Positions 31,207-41,628 of a stretch of 64,000 nt of DNA are shown one piece after another. The number at the start of each line of letters is the position of its first letter. Position 1 is the stretch's first letter. Origin of the DNA: Alphaproteobacteria bacterium (GTDB lineage: Bacteria > Pseudomonadota > Alphaproteobacteria > UBA828); contig CBDCQT010000005.1 in the NCBI GenBank assembly GCA_965220745.1, positions 320,001 to 384,000 of the forward strand. Direction: 5' to 3'. A program made the translations under genes and the position numbers. Under the pieces are notes generated by a model that saw nothing but the letters and a program-made list of their open reading frames with translations, was not told where the DNA came from and searched no databases.

Positions 31207-31983
31207 GTGAGCGAAGAGAGTGTCTCCGGGCGTGCCGTGGTCGACATGCCTTCGCCCAACTGGGACGAGCGGCCTGCGGCTGCCGGCCCGGTCGATACGC
31301 TGGTGCTGCACTACACGGGCATGGTTTCGGCCGATGCCGCGCTCGCGCGGATGACGGATCCTGCGGCCAAGGTCAGCGCACACTGGTGTATCGGCGAGGA
31401 CGGCACTCTCTGGCGGATGGTGCCCGAGGAACGCCGCGCCTGGCACGCCGGGGTGAGCAACTGGCGCGGCCGCCGCGCGGTGAACGATTTTTCGATCGGA
31501 ATCGAGCTGGTCAATCCCGGCCACGAGCACGGCTACCGTCCGTTCCCGGAGGCCCAGATGGATACCCTGCTCGACCTCGCCCGTGCCGTCGTCGCGCGCC
31601 ACCCCATCGACCTCCGCAACGTGGTGGCGCATTCCGATATCGCGCCGACGCGCAGGCAGGACCCCGGCGAGCTCTTCGACTGGGCACGCCTCGCGCGTGC
31701 GGGCATCGGCCACTGGCCCGGGGAGGGGGAGGGGCCTGCACAGGCCCTCTTACCGCTTCGCCAGGGCGACGGCGGCGAGGCCGTGCGGCGACAGCAGGAG
31801 CGCCTGCGTGAGGTCGGCTACGGCCTCGCGGCCGACGGCGATTTCGGCGCGGCCACCGCGGCCGTCGTGCGCGCGTTTCAGAGACACTTCCGCCAGGCCT
31901 GCGTCGATGGCGCGATCGATGCCAGTACGGCCGCCGTCATCGGCCAGGTGAACGCGCTCGTGGTTGATCGGGGCCAGGCTTGA
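31207..31983 (+). CDS. N-acetylmuramoyl-L-alanine amidase (AmpD/AmiD type) with PG-binding domain
   Basis: SPNWDER, LHYTGM, VSAH, RAWHAGVS, SIGIELVN, HSDIAP..DPG, AFQRHFR. Confidence 0.92.
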   Translation: MSEESVSGRAVVDMPSPNWDERPAAAGPVDTLVLHYTGMVSADAALARMTDPAAKVSAHWCIGEDGTLWRMVPEERRAWHAGVSNWRGRRAVNDFSIGIELVNPGHEHGYRPFPEAQMDTLLDLARAVVARHPIDLRNVVAHSDIAPTRRQDPGELFDWARLARAGIGHWPGEGEGPAQALLPLRQGDGGEAVRRQQERLREVGYGLAADGDFGAATAAVVRAFQRHFRQACVDGAIDASTAAVIGQVNALVVDRGQA

Positions 31984-32008
31984 CCGGGCCCACGACGGGG
32001 CGTAGTCA
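31980..32008 (+). promoter_or_regulatory. Probable sigma70 promoter of rnpB
   Basis: TTGACC-N17-TAGTCA, 6 nt upstream of the P1 helix. Confidence 0.55.
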
Positions 32009-32014
32009 GGGCGG

Positions 32015-32419
<405 letters not shown>

Positions 32420-32436
32420 GTTTCTCTCCCCACGGA

Positions 32437-32483
32437 CCCCAATATGTGGGGGAGTCTGAATACCGGTACGCTATATATTCCCC
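32437..32483. promoter_or_regulatory. Tandem NrdR-box-like sites
   Basis: CCCCAATATGTGGGGG (32437) and ACGCTATATATTCCCC (32468) versus consensus acaCwAtATaTwGtgt; starts 31 bp apart. Confidence 0.4.
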
Positions 32484-32525
32484 CGTCGACTGTTGTCTTG
32501 GCGGTCGTTTCCAGTACTGATAATA

Positions 32526-32540
32526 GAACATAAAGAGAAC
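32526..32540. promoter_or_regulatory. Alphaproteobacterial LexA (SOS) box
   Basis: GAAC-ATAAAGA-GAAC fits GAAC-N7-GAAC exactly, with an A-rich spacer. Confidence 0.6.
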
Positions 32541-32689
32541 AGATAGTTGATATCGGCCGAGACTTGATTCCTCTCTCCCGGTAACTGGCGCTCTAGCCTT
32601 GGTCTCAGGCCTTCCTCCCAAATCAGATCAGAGTGGTCGGGCCGCTGTTCTTGCGTGTTCGCCTGAACACTTGAAATTTTGTCTTGCAT

Positions 32690-32733
32690 CCATGATTTCC
32701 CATGAGATACCATGTCATCCCATAGCATCCCGG
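32690..32733. promoter_or_regulatory. MraZ operator-like 10-bp-phased direct repeats
   Basis: CCAT at 32690, 32700, 32710 and 32720 (ATGG(G/T)A-type units on the minus strand), upstream of mraZ. Confidence 0.65.
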
Positions 32734-32807
32734 ATCAGAGCGGGAACAGACGAAGACGGAAACGAGCGACGGCACGGCGAACAGGGCTCGCGCCCGAGGA
32801 GCAGGCG

Positions 32808-33254
32808 GTGGCTGTCTTTGCCAATACGTTCGTTAACAAGGTGGATCGGAAGGGACGGGTCTCCGTCCCCGCCTCCTTCCGCAACGAGCTGGGCCGGCAG
32901 TCCTCCCTCGGAATCGCGGTCTACCCCTCCGTCGACAAGAGCCCGTCTCTGACCGGCTGTGGCGAGGATCGTCTCAGAAGTATGAGTGACGCCCTGGGCG
33001 GCGATGATCCATTCGACACCGAATCCGTCAGCAAGCGCATGAGGCTTTTCCCCGCCGTCCAGCGCCTTCCCCTCGACGCGGACGGTCGGGTGCTCCTGCC
33101 GCGCGACCTGCTGGACCATGCCGGGATCACCACCCATGCCGCATTCGCGGGCATGGGCCGCGACTTCCGAATTTGGGAGCCTGAGACCCTCGAAGCCGCC
33201 CGGAAGGCGGAAGAGGAGCGAACCCCCGAGCCGGAACCGGAAGGCGATCGATGA
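32808..33254 (+). CDS. mraZ: Transcriptional regulator MraZ
   Basis: NKVDRKGRVSVP, LDADGRVLLP, FRIWEP; GAGGAG SD before GTG 32808. Confidence 0.92.
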   Translation: MAVFANTFVNKVDRKGRVSVPASFRNELGRQSSLGIAVYPSVDKSPSLTGCGEDRLRSMSDALGGDDPFDTESVSKRMRLFPAVQRLPLDADGRVLLPRDLLDHAGITTHAAFAGMGRDFRIWEPETLEAARKAEEERTPEPEPEGDR

Positions 33255-34222
33255 GCGTCTCGCCCGGTCACGTCCCGGTCATGAAGGACGCGATGCTCTC
33301 CCTCATCGCGCCCCAGGACGGCGGCGTCTACGTGGACGGCACCTTCGGCGGCGGCGGCTACAGCCGAGCCCTGCTGGAGGCTGCCTCCTGCGTGGTCTAC
33401 GGAATCGACCGCGATGCCGACGCTCTGCGTGCAGGCGACGCGCTTTCGGTCCGGTTCGGGGGGAGACTGATCCTGCTCCACGGCCGCTTTTCCGAGATGG
33501 CGACCCTGCTCACGCCCTACCGCGTGTGCGCGGTGGACGGGATCGCCCTTGATCTCGGCCTCTCTTCCCGCCAGCTCGACGACGGCGCGCGGGGCTTCTC
33601 GTTCCGTTTCGACGGCCCCCTCGATATGAAGATGGACCGGGACGATCCGGGGCCGACGGCGGCCGACCTGGTCAACGGCGAGTCCGAGGCCGAGCTGGCC
33701 GCGATCATCGCCAGCTTCGGCGAGGAGCGCCGCGCCCGCGCCATCGCACGGGCCATCGTCGCGGCCCGTGCCGACAGACCCATCGCCACGACCGGCCAGC
33801 TCGCCGAGATCGTCCGGGGTGCGGTGGCGCGGCGGCGGCCGGGCGGGATCGACGCAGCGACTCGCACTTTTATGGCCCTTCGCCTCCGCGTTAACGACGA
33901 GATTAACGAGATCGAGCGGGGGCTCCGCCAGATCGAGCGGCTCCTGCGGCCGGGTGGGCGCGCCATCGTGGTGTCCTTTCACTCCCTTGAGGACCGCCCG
34001 GTGAAGCGCTTCTTCCGCGAGCGCAGTGGTGGGCGGCAGCCCAATCGTCACGAGCCGCCCGCTGCCACGAAATCGCCCGATCCGACCTTCAGACTGTTGA
34101 CCCGCCGGGCGCGCAAGCCCGACGGCGCCGAAGTCTCGGCCAACCCGCGGGCGCGCTCGGCGCGGCTGCGGGCGGCCGAGCGCACCGGCGCGCCGCCGTG
34201 GCACGAGAGGCTCGTCGCATGA
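33251..34222 (+). CDS. rsmH: 16S rRNA m4C1402 methyltransferase
   Basis: HVPVM, DGTFGGGGYS, DLGLSSRQLD, SFHSLEDR, NPRARSARLR. Confidence 0.96.
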   Translation: MSVSPGHVPVMKDAMLSLIAPQDGGVYVDGTFGGGGYSRALLEAASCVVYGIDRDADALRAGDALSVRFGGRLILLHGRFSEMATLLTPYRVCAVDGIALDLGLSSRQLDDGARGFSFRFDGPLDMKMDRDDPGPTAADLVNGESEAELAAIIASFGEERRARAIARAIVAARADRPIATTGQLAEIVRGAVARRRPGGIDAATRTFMALRLRVNDEINEIERGLRQIERLLRPGGRAIVVSFHSLEDRPVKRFFRERSGGRQPNRHEPPAATKSPDPTFRLLTRRARKPDGAEVSANPRARSARLRAAERTGAPPWHERLVA

Positions 34223-34536
34223 TGCGGCACCTGGTCCTCATATCGATCGCAGCGTTCGTCGTCGCGATGCTCGCCCTCTTCCTCGTGAAGCACGAGGTGA
34301 GGGGGCTGGAGCACGAGCTCGCGGCGCTCGAGCACGAGCGTCAGAGTCACGTCGAGGCGATCCGGGTGCTCCGCTCCGAGTGGAGCTACCTGACCCGCCC
34401 CTCCAGGCTCGCGGCCTTGGCCGAGCGTCACCTTCCGCTTGAGCCGGTGGCGCCCGCGCAGGTCCGCTGGCTGCCCCAGCGGCCGTCCGGGGCCTCCGCA
34501 TTCGTCACGCCCATCGGCGGCGAGAGGGAGCTGTGA
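34219..34536 (+). CDS. ftsL: Cell division protein FtsL
   Basis: Single TM segment plus coiled coil; LRSEWSYLTRPSRL; position in dcw. Confidence 0.85.
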   Translation: MMRHLVLISIAAFVVAMLALFLVKHEVRGLEHELAALEHERQSHVEAIRVLRSEWSYLTRPSRLAALAERHLPLEPVAPAQVRWLPQRPSGASAFVTPIGGEREL

Positions 34537-36272
34537 GGGACCTCGCAACCCGGCGCTGGTGGCGCCGCGGATCGACCTCCCGCCGTGAGGGCGCGGCGGC
34601 GCAAGCACAGCCCGCGCTGCTGGAGCGCGCCCGTGGCCGCCTGCTGGCGGCCAGCGTGATCTTCCTGCTCTGCTTCGGTGCGCTGGTGGTTCGCACCCTC
34701 GACGTGGCGGTGATCGGCGCACCCGTCGACATCAGCACCGCCGGAGATGCGAGCGCCTTCGACCCCGCCGCTCGGGCCGACATCGTGGACCGCAACGGGG
34801 TCCTGCTGGCGTCGAACCTGCCTACGCATGCCCTCTACGTCGAGCCCGGCAAGATTTTTGATCGCGAGGAGGCCGTGGCCGCGCTCGGTCGCCTGTTCCC
34901 CGATCTCGACCCGGAGCGCACGGCCTCTCTCATCGCATCCGGCAAGAGGAGCGCCCTCTTGCGGCACGACCTCACGCCCGAGCAGGCGCACGCCATCAAC
35001 CGGCTCGGCAGCCCCGGCCTCTGGCTGGAGCGCCAGGAGCAGCGCGTCTATCCGCAAGGGCGCCTCTTCGCCCACGCGGTCGGGTTCACGGACGTGGACA
35101 ATCGCGGTCTCGCCGGCGTCGAAAAGGCCGCCGACGCGGAGCTGCGGCGGCGTGCCGAAGCGCACAGCGGCCCGCTCGCGCTCTCGCTCGACATCCGGGT
35201 CCAGCACGCTCTCGCCCAGGCGCTTCAGGACACCATGACCGCCCATCGCGCACTCGGCGCCGCCGGCATGGTGATGGACGTGGAGACCGGCGAGCTGCTG
35301 GCCCTGGTCAGCCTCCCGTCGTTCGATCCCAAGGCGCCGGATCGCAGCCCGGCAGAGACCCTCTTCAATCGCGCCACGCTGGGCACTTACGAGCTCGGCT
35401 CCACCTTCAAGCCCTTCACCGTGGCCGCGGCCCTCGACCTCGGCGTCGCCGGCATTGAGGACAGCTACGACGCCACCGAGCCGATCAGGGTCTCGCGCTA
35501 TCTGATCCGCGACCACCATCCCGAGAATCGTTGGCTGACGGTGCCGGAGATCCTCATCCACTCCTCCAACATCGGCGCGGCGCGGATGGCGGTGGAGGTG
35601 GGCGCGGAGCGCCAACGGGCCTTCCTCGACGTGCTCGGCATGTTCGAGCGGATGCCCCTGGAGACGTCCGAGCGCGGCCGGCCCCTCGCGCCCCGGCGCT
35701 GGTCCGAGCACACCACGATGACGGTGAGCTACGGCCACGGGCTCGCGGTGACGCCGCTGCACCTGCTCGCGAATTACGCCGCGCTGGTCAACGGCGGCAT
35801 CGCGGTGACGCCGACGCTACTGAAGCGCGAGCCGGGCGCCCACTTCGCGCAGCGGCGGGTCATCAGCGCGGAGACCTCCGCCGTCATGCGGATGCTGCTC
35901 TACGCCGTGGTGGCCGAGGGCACCGGCAAGAATGCGGCGGTTCCCGGTTATCTGGTGGGTGGCAAGACCGGCACCGCCGAGAAGGCCATCGGCGGCAGGT
36001 ACAAGCGCGACAGCATGATCACCAACTTCGTGGGCGTCTTTCCCATCGACCGGCCCCGCTACGCGGTGCTCACGATGATGGACGAGCCCAAGGGGACCAA
36101 GGAGACCTACGGCTTCGCGACGGCGGGCTGGACTGCGGCGCCGGTCGCCGGCGCCGTCATCGAGCGCATCGCGCCGCTTCTCGGCGTACCGGCCATCGTC
36201 GAGCCCGATGAAACCGAAGAGGAGCCTGCGTTCGCCCGGTGGGACGGCGCGGGACGTCATGCGTCTTACTAG
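34533..36272 (+). CDS. ftsI: Penicillin-binding protein 3
   Basis: RADIVDRNG, GSTFK (SxxK), SSN, KTG. Confidence 0.94.
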   Translation: MRDLATRRWWRRGSTSRREGAAAQAQPALLERARGRLLAASVIFLLCFGALVVRTLDVAVIGAPVDISTAGDASAFDPAARADIVDRNGVLLASNLPTHALYVEPGKIFDREEAVAALGRLFPDLDPERTASLIASGKRSALLRHDLTPEQAHAINRLGSPGLWLERQEQRVYPQGRLFAHAVGFTDVDNRGLAGVEKAADAELRRRAEAHSGPLALSLDIRVQHALAQALQDTMTAHRALGAAGMVMDVETGELLALVSLPSFDPKAPDRSPAETLFNRATLGTYELGSTFKPFTVAAALDLGVAGIEDSYDATEPIRVSRYLIRDHHPENRWLTVPEILIHSSNIGAARMAVEVGAERQRAFLDVLGMFERMPLETSERGRPLAPRRWSEHTTMTVSYGHGLAVTPLHLLANYAALVNGGIAVTPTLLKREPGAHFAQRRVISAETSAVMRMLLYAVVAEGTGKNAAVPGYLVGGKTGTAEKAIGGRYKRDSMITNFVGVFPIDRPRYAVLTMMDEPKGTKETYGFATAGWTAAPVAGAVIERIAPLLGVPAIVEPDETEEEPAFARWDGAGRHASY

Positions 36273-37710
36273 CCTGATCCCCGAGGCGCCGGCAGACGTG
36301 GAGATCACGGGGCTCGCCTCTGATTCGCGCGACGTGCAACCCGGCTACCTGTTCGCGGCGCTCGCCGGCACTCAGGCCCACGGGGCCGATTTCATTCCCG
36401 ACGCCGTGGAGCGCGGCGCAGCCGCCGTGTTGGCGCCGGAAGGCACCGACCCGGCGCTCGCGCAAGGGATCGCCCTGGTGACGGACCCCAACCCGCGTCT
36501 CCGGCTCGCGGTCGCGGCGTCTCGTTACTTCGGCCCTCAACCGGAAGTCGTGGTCTGCGTCACCGGCACCAACGGCAAGACCTCGGTAGCGGACTTCACC
36601 CGCCAGATCTGGCGGGCCTCGGGCCGCAAGGCTGCCTCCCTCGGTACCCTTGGCGTATGCACGGAGAGCGAATGGCAGCCGCTCCGGCACACGACGCCAG
36701 ACCCGATCGAGCTGCACCGCGTGCTCGCCGAGCTCGCGCAAGACGGCATCGACCATCTGGCGCTGGAAGCATCCAGTCATGGTCTCGCGCAGTACCGGCT
36801 GGATGGCGTCCGCGTCGCCGCGGCGGCATTCACCAACGTCACCCGCGATCATATGGATTACCACCCGGACGCCGACGCCTACTTCGCGGCCAAGGCGGGC
36901 CTCTTTGAGCGGGTCATGGCGGCGGACGGGACCGCCGTCCTCAACGCTGACGACGAGCGCGTGGCAGGACTCGCGGCGCGCTGCCGGGCGCGGGGCCAGA
37001 GGGTGCTGACCTTCGGCACCGGCGACGCGGACATTCGGCTCCTGGCTCGGCACGACACCGAGGCGGGGCAGCGCCTCAGCATCGCTGCCGCCGGCGCGGT
37101 GCACGAGGTCGCCCTGCCGCTCCCCGGCGCGTTTCAGGCCCTGAACGCGCTGGCGGCGCTCGGCCTCGCATTGGCAACCGGCGTGGACGCGGCGGACGCG
37201 ATCCAGGCGCTCCATGGCGTGGAGGGCGTGCCGGGCAGGCTGCAACGGGTCGCGGGCCATCCGGCCGGCGCCGCCGTCTTCGTGGACTACGCACACACGC
37301 CTGACGCGCTGGCCACGGCGCTCGCCTCCGTGCGCCCCTTGGTGCCCGGCACGCTGGTGGTGGTCTTCGGCTGCGGCGGCGAGCGGGACGTCGGCAAGCG
37401 GCGCGAGATGGGCGAGATCGCCGCGCGCTTCGCCGACCGGGCGATCGTCACTGACGACAACCCCCGCCGCGAGGACCCGGTCTCGATCCGCCGCGCGATC
37501 CTCGACACCTGCCCCGGTGCCGTGGAGATCGGCGACCGCGCCGAGGCCATCCGTATTTCCATCGAAGGGCTCGGTTCGGGCGACGGCCTCCTCATTGCCG
37601 GCAAGGGCCACGAGCGGGAGCAGATCGTGGGCGAGCGCGCCATCGCGTTCGACGATGTCGGCGTCGCACAGTGTGCCGTGGCTGAAATCGCGGGCGGGCG
37701 GGCGGCATGA
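36259..37710 (+). CDS. murE: UDP-MurNAc-Ala-Glu:DAP ligase
   Basis: TGTNGKTS, EASSHG, DYAHTPD, DDNPR (DAP type), AGKGHE. Confidence 0.95.
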   Translation: MRLTSLIPEAPADVEITGLASDSRDVQPGYLFAALAGTQAHGADFIPDAVERGAAAVLAPEGTDPALAQGIALVTDPNPRLRLAVAASRYFGPQPEVVVCVTGTNGKTSVADFTRQIWRASGRKAASLGTLGVCTESEWQPLRHTTPDPIELHRVLAELAQDGIDHLALEASSHGLAQYRLDGVRVAAAAFTNVTRDHMDYHPDADAYFAAKAGLFERVMAADGTAVLNADDERVAGLAARCRARGQRVLTFGTGDADIRLLARHDTEAGQRLSIAAAGAVHEVALPLPGAFQALNALAALGLALATGVDAADAIQALHGVEGVPGRLQRVAGHPAGAAVFVDYAHTPDALATALASVRPLVPGTLVVVFGCGGERDVGKRREMGEIAARFADRAIVTDDNPRREDPVSIRRAILDTCPGAVEIGDRAEAIRISIEGLGSGDGLLIAGKGHEREQIVGERAIAFDDVGVAQCAVAEIAGGRAA

Positions 37711-39137
37711 GCCGGCCTCTTCATAACGTCCCGCTGTGGACCTCGGCGGAGGCTGCTGCTGCCACCGGTGGACAGGCGCCCGAGCCCTGGAACGCGACCG
37801 GCGTTTCCATCGACAGCCGCAGCGTCGAGGCGGGCGACCTGTTCGTTGCCCTCGCCGGCCCCAACCATGACGGCCACGACTTCGTGCAGGCGGCGTTCGA
37901 GCGTGCAGCGGCGGCGGCGATGGTGAGCCGCCCGCCGGAGACGCAGCCCGAGGCCGTGCCGCTGCTGCTGGTCGTGGATACCTACGACGGACTCCGCACC
38001 CTAGCCGCCGGTGCGCGGGAGCGGAGCGCGGCTCACATCGTCGCAATCACCGGCAGCGTGGGCAAGACCGGAACCAAGGAACTTCTGGCCGGCGCGCTCG
38101 CAGGCTGTGGCCCCACGCTCGCGAGCGCGGGCAATCTCAACAATCACATCGGCGCCCCCCTCAGCCTTGCCCGGCTGCCGCAGGGCGCCGCCTACGGCGT
38201 GTTCGAGCTGGGCATGAACCACGCGGGCGAGATCGCCCCGCTCTCGCGCCTGGTCCGCCCGCACACCGCACTGATCACCACCATCGCACCCGCCCATACC
38301 GAGGCGTTCCCCAGCCTCGATGCCGTCGCCGACGCCAAGGCCGAAATCTTCGAGGGCCTCGAGCCCTGCGGCACGGCGGTTCTGAACCGGGACAACGTCT
38401 ACTTCGAGCGGCTGGCCACTGCGGCGTGCACCGCCGGTGCGGGCAACATCGTGTCGTTCGGCGAAAGCGCCGCTGCCGATGCGCGTCTCCTGGACTGGCA
38501 CCCCGCCGAGGACGGCGGCACAGTCACTGCCGCCATCGACGGCGCCGAGCTTGACTACGAGATCGCCTTCTCCGGCCGGCACTGGGCGCTAAACAGCGTG
38601 GGCGTGCTGGCCTGCGTTCAGGCTGCCGGCGCGTCGGTCGAGCAGGCTGCCGGCGCCTTGCGCACGGTCGCGCCCGTGGCGGGCCGGGGCGTGCGCCACC
38701 GCCCCCCGATCCAGGGCGGCGCCTACGAGCTGATCGACGAAAGCTACAACGCGAGCCCCGCGGCCGTCCGCGCCGCGATCGCGACGCTCGCCGAAACAGC
38801 GCCGTCGGCCCCAGACGGGCGGCGGATCGCGGTCCTCGGCGACATGCTCGAGCTCGGTGACGAGGGGCCGCGCTGGCACGCCGAACTCGCCGACGACCTG
38901 GAAGCGGCGGGAATCGACCTCGTCTTCACCGCAGGCCCGTTGATGGCCCATCTCCACCGCGCCCTCGGCGCCGCCCGGCGCGGCGCCCACGCGCCCGAGT
39001 CCGAGAGCCTGACCGACATCCTGCGCGCGGAAATCCGTGCCGGCGACGTGGTGCTGGTCAAGGGCTCGCTCGGCAGTCGCATGGGGCCGATCGTGCGGCG
39101 TCTCGTCGCCGACGCGCCGGCTGCTCCCAGGCCATGA
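37707..39137 (+). CDS. murF: UDP-MurNAc-tripeptide:D-Ala-D-Ala ligase
   Basis: TGSVGKT, NNHIG, ELGMNH, DESYNA, GDMLELG, KGS. Confidence 0.95.
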   Translation: MSRPLHNVPLWTSAEAAAATGGQAPEPWNATGVSIDSRSVEAGDLFVALAGPNHDGHDFVQAAFERAAAAAMVSRPPETQPEAVPLLLVVDTYDGLRTLAAGARERSAAHIVAITGSVGKTGTKELLAGALAGCGPTLASAGNLNNHIGAPLSLARLPQGAAYGVFELGMNHAGEIAPLSRLVRPHTALITTIAPAHTEAFPSLDAVADAKAEIFEGLEPCGTAVLNRDNVYFERLATAACTAGAGNIVSFGESAAADARLLDWHPAEDGGTVTAAIDGAELDYEIAFSGRHWALNSVGVLACVQAAGASVEQAAGALRTVAPVAGRGVRHRPPIQGGAYELIDESYNASPAAVRAAIATLAETAPSAPDGRRIAVLGDMLELGDEGPRWHAELADDLEAAGIDLVFTAGPLMAHLHRALGAARRGAHAPESESLTDILRAEIRAGDVVLVKGSLGSRMGPIVRRLVADAPAAPRP

Positions 39138-39158
39138 GCAGGAAAGGCGCGCCGAGCG

Positions 39159-40244
39159 ATGTTCTTCAATCTTCTCTATCCGCTCTCGGACTCGATCGGC
39201 CTCTTCAACGTCTTCCAGTACCTGACGTTCCGCACCGGCGCGGCGGTTCTCACCTCTTTGCTCATCAGCTTCGCCTTCGGTCCGCCGCTGATCCGCATGC
39301 TTCGCGCACGCCAGGAGCACGGACAGCCGATCCGGAGCGACGGGCCGGAGAGCCACGCGGCCAAGGCAGGGACGCCGACCATGGGCGGGGTGATCATTCT
39401 TCTCGCCGTCACGGTCTCGACACTGCTCTGGGCCGACATGACCAACCCGCTGATCTGGGTGCTGCTGGTGGTCACGATCGGCTTCGGCGCCATCGGCTTC
39501 ACCGACGATGCGATGAAGCTGCTGAACCGCAGCCATCGCGGCCTGAACATGCGCATCAAGGTTGCGGCCGAGCTGGTGCTCGCGGTGGGGGCCGTCTTCT
39601 GGGTCACGATGATTCTGGAGGCACCGCTCGATCACGGGCTGGCGCTGCCGTTCGTCAAGTCGGTCCTGCTCGACATCGGTTGGTTCACGGTGCCCTTCGC
39701 CGCCTTCGTGGTCATCGGCTCGTCCAATGCCGTCAACCTGACCGACGGCCTCGACGGCCTCGCAATCGTGCCGATCATGATTGCCGCCGCGTGCTTCGCG
39801 CTGATCGCCTACGTGGTGGGCAACACCGTGTTCACGGAATACCTCCAGGTCCACCACGTGCCCGGCACCGGCGAGCTTTCGGTCTTCTGTGGCGCCCTCG
39901 TCGGCGCGGGGCTGGGCTTCCTCTGGTTCAACGCGCCGCCGGCGATGGTCTTCATGGGCGACACCGGCTCGCTCTCCACCGGCGCGGCGCTCGGCATCAT
40001 CGCGGTGATGACCAAGCACGAGATCGTGCTCGCCATCGTGGGGGGCTTGTTCGTGCTGGAGGCGGTCTCGGTGATCGTGCAGGTCGCCTCGTTCAAGCTC
40101 CTGGGGCGGCGGGTCTTCGCGATGGCGCCTCTGCACCATCACTTCGAGCAGAAGGGGGTCGCGGAGCCCACCATCGTCATCCGCTTCTGGGTGATCGCCG
40201 TGATCCTCGCCCTGATCGGGCTCTCGACGCTGAAGCTGAGGTGA
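39159..40244 (+). CDS. mraY: Phospho-MurNAc-pentapeptide transferase
   Basis: [36 protein letters not shown]. Confidence 0.96.
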   Translation: MFFNLLYPLSDSIGLFNVFQYLTFRTGAAVLTSLLISFAFGPPLIRMLRARQEHGQPIRSDGPESHAAKAGTPTMGGVIILLAVTVSTLLWADMTNPLIWVLLVVTIGFGAIGFTDDAMKLLNRSHRGLNMRIKVAAELVLAVGAVFWVTMILEAPLDHGLALPFVKSVLLDIGWFTVPFAAFVVIGSSNAVNLTDGLDGLAIVPIMIAAACFALIAYVVGNTVFTEYLQVHHVPGTGELSVFCGALVGAGLGFLWFNAPPAMVFMGDTGSLSTGAALGIIAVMTKHEIVLAIVGGLFVLEAVSVIVQVASFKLLGRRVFAMAPLHHHFEQKGVAEPTIVIRFWVIAVILALIGLSTLKLR

Positions 40245-40248
40245 GCCA

Positions 40249-41628
40249 GTGATCCGGGTTCCCCTCTATCGCAATCGCGCGGTCGCCGTGCTCGGGCTCG
40301 CCCGCTCCGGCCTCGCCGCGGCGCGGGCGCTCAGTGCCGGCGGCGCGCGCGTGCTCTGCTGGGACGACGCGCCGGATGCGCGGGCGGCGGCGCGCGATCA
40401 GGGCTTCGAGGTGCGCCCCGCCGGGCCCGAGGACGGGATCGCCGCCCTGGTGCCGAGCCCCGGCGTGCCGCTTTCGCACCCGATGATCGCTGCCGCGCAT
40501 GACGCCTGCGTCGAGGTGGTGGGCGATATCGAGCTTCTGTGGCGCATACTGCCGGAGCCCCGCTACATCGCCGTCACCGGTACCAACGGTAAATCGACGA
40601 CGACGGCGCTCATCGGTCACCTGCTGCATGCGGCCGGCGCCCGCCACATCCGCGTCGGCGGCAATCTGGGGACGCCGGCGCTCGATCTGACGCCGGTGCC
40701 GGGCGAGGGGACCATCGTCCTCGAGCTCTCCTCCTATCAGCTCGATCTCACCGTCGAGGCGACCTTCGACATCGCCGTGCTGCTCAACGTTGCCCCCGAC
40801 CATCTCGACCGCCACGGGACCATGGCGGCCTACGTCGACGCGAAGCGCCAGGTCTTCCGCCCCGGTCGGCTTCAGACCGCCGTCGTCGGCATGGACGATC
40901 CGATTTCGCGCAGCATCGGCGACGCGCTCGTGGCGCGAGACCAGCTCCAGGTGGTGCCGGTGGCCGTGGAAGCCAGGTCGCGCGAGGGCGTTTCCGTTGT
41001 GGATGGCCTCCTTCACGAGGACGGCGAGCCGGTCTGCGACCTCACGCACGCGAGGGCGCTGCCCGGCAGGCACAACTGGCAGAACGCGGCAGCGGCCTAC
41101 GCGGCGGCGCGCGCCTGCGGGCTCGCGCCCGAGAGTCTGGTGCCGGCGCTGCTCGATTTCCCCGGCTTGCCCCACCGCATGGAGAAGGTCGGCAGCGTCA
41201 GCGGCATCCCGGTCATCAACGACAGCAAGGCCACCAACGCCGAAGCGGCGGCGCGGGCCATCGCCTGCTTCGATAACGTCTACTGGATCGCCGGCGGGCG
41301 GCCCAAGGAGGGCGGGCTCGACGCCGTCGCGCCCCTCTTCTCCCATATCGCCCACGCCTTCCTGATCGGCGAGGCGGAAGACGGCTTCGCCGCCACGCTC
41401 GAAGGCCAGCTGCCGGTGACCCGCTGCGGCACGCTTGACCGTGCAGTGGCGGCCGCCCTCGATGCCGCCTGCAGCAACGGGCGCGACGGCACCGTGGTCC
41501 TGTTCTCGCCCGCCTGTGCGTCGTTCGACCAGTTTCGCGATTTCGAGCAGCGCGGCGATCGGTTCCGGGCGCTGGTTCCCGTCGAGCCGCCCGCCGTGTC
41601 GGAGGAGGCTGCGCCGTGGACCAGGTGA
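40249..41628 (+). CDS. murD: UDP-MurNAc-L-Ala:D-Glu ligase
   Basis: GLARSG, TGTNGKST, ELSSYQ, DHLDRH, NDSKATN, SPACASFDQF. Confidence 0.95.
   Translation: MIRVPLYRNRAVAVLGLARSGLAAARALSAGGARVLCWDDAPDARAAARDQGFEVRPAGPEDGIAALVPSPGVPLSHPMIAAAHDACVEVVGDIELLWRILPEPRYIAVTGTNGKSTTTALIGHLLHAAGARHIRVGGNLGTPALDLTPVPGEGTIVLELSSYQLDLTVEATFDIAVLLNVAPDHLDRHGTMAAYVDAKRQVFRPGRLQTAVVGMDDPISRSIGDALVARDQLQVVPVAVEARSREGVSVVDGLLHEDGEPVCDLTHARALPGRHNWQNAAAAYAAARACGLAPESLVPALLDFPGLPHRMEKVGSVSGIPVINDSKATNAEAAARAIACFDNVYWIAGGRPKEGGLDAVAPLFSHIAHAFLIGEAEDGFAATLEGQLPVTRCGTLDRAVAAALDAACSNGRDGTVVLFSPACASFDQFRDFEQRGDRFRALVPVEPPAVSEEAAPWTR

Noticed and set aside
32647-32660. Second LexA box GTTC-TTGCGT-GTTC
   Set aside because: Spacer is 6 nt rather than 7
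32471-32728. 85-aa minus-strand ORF in the rnpB-mraZ spacer
   Set aside because: Starts inside the operator repeats, has atypical composition and no recognisable motif
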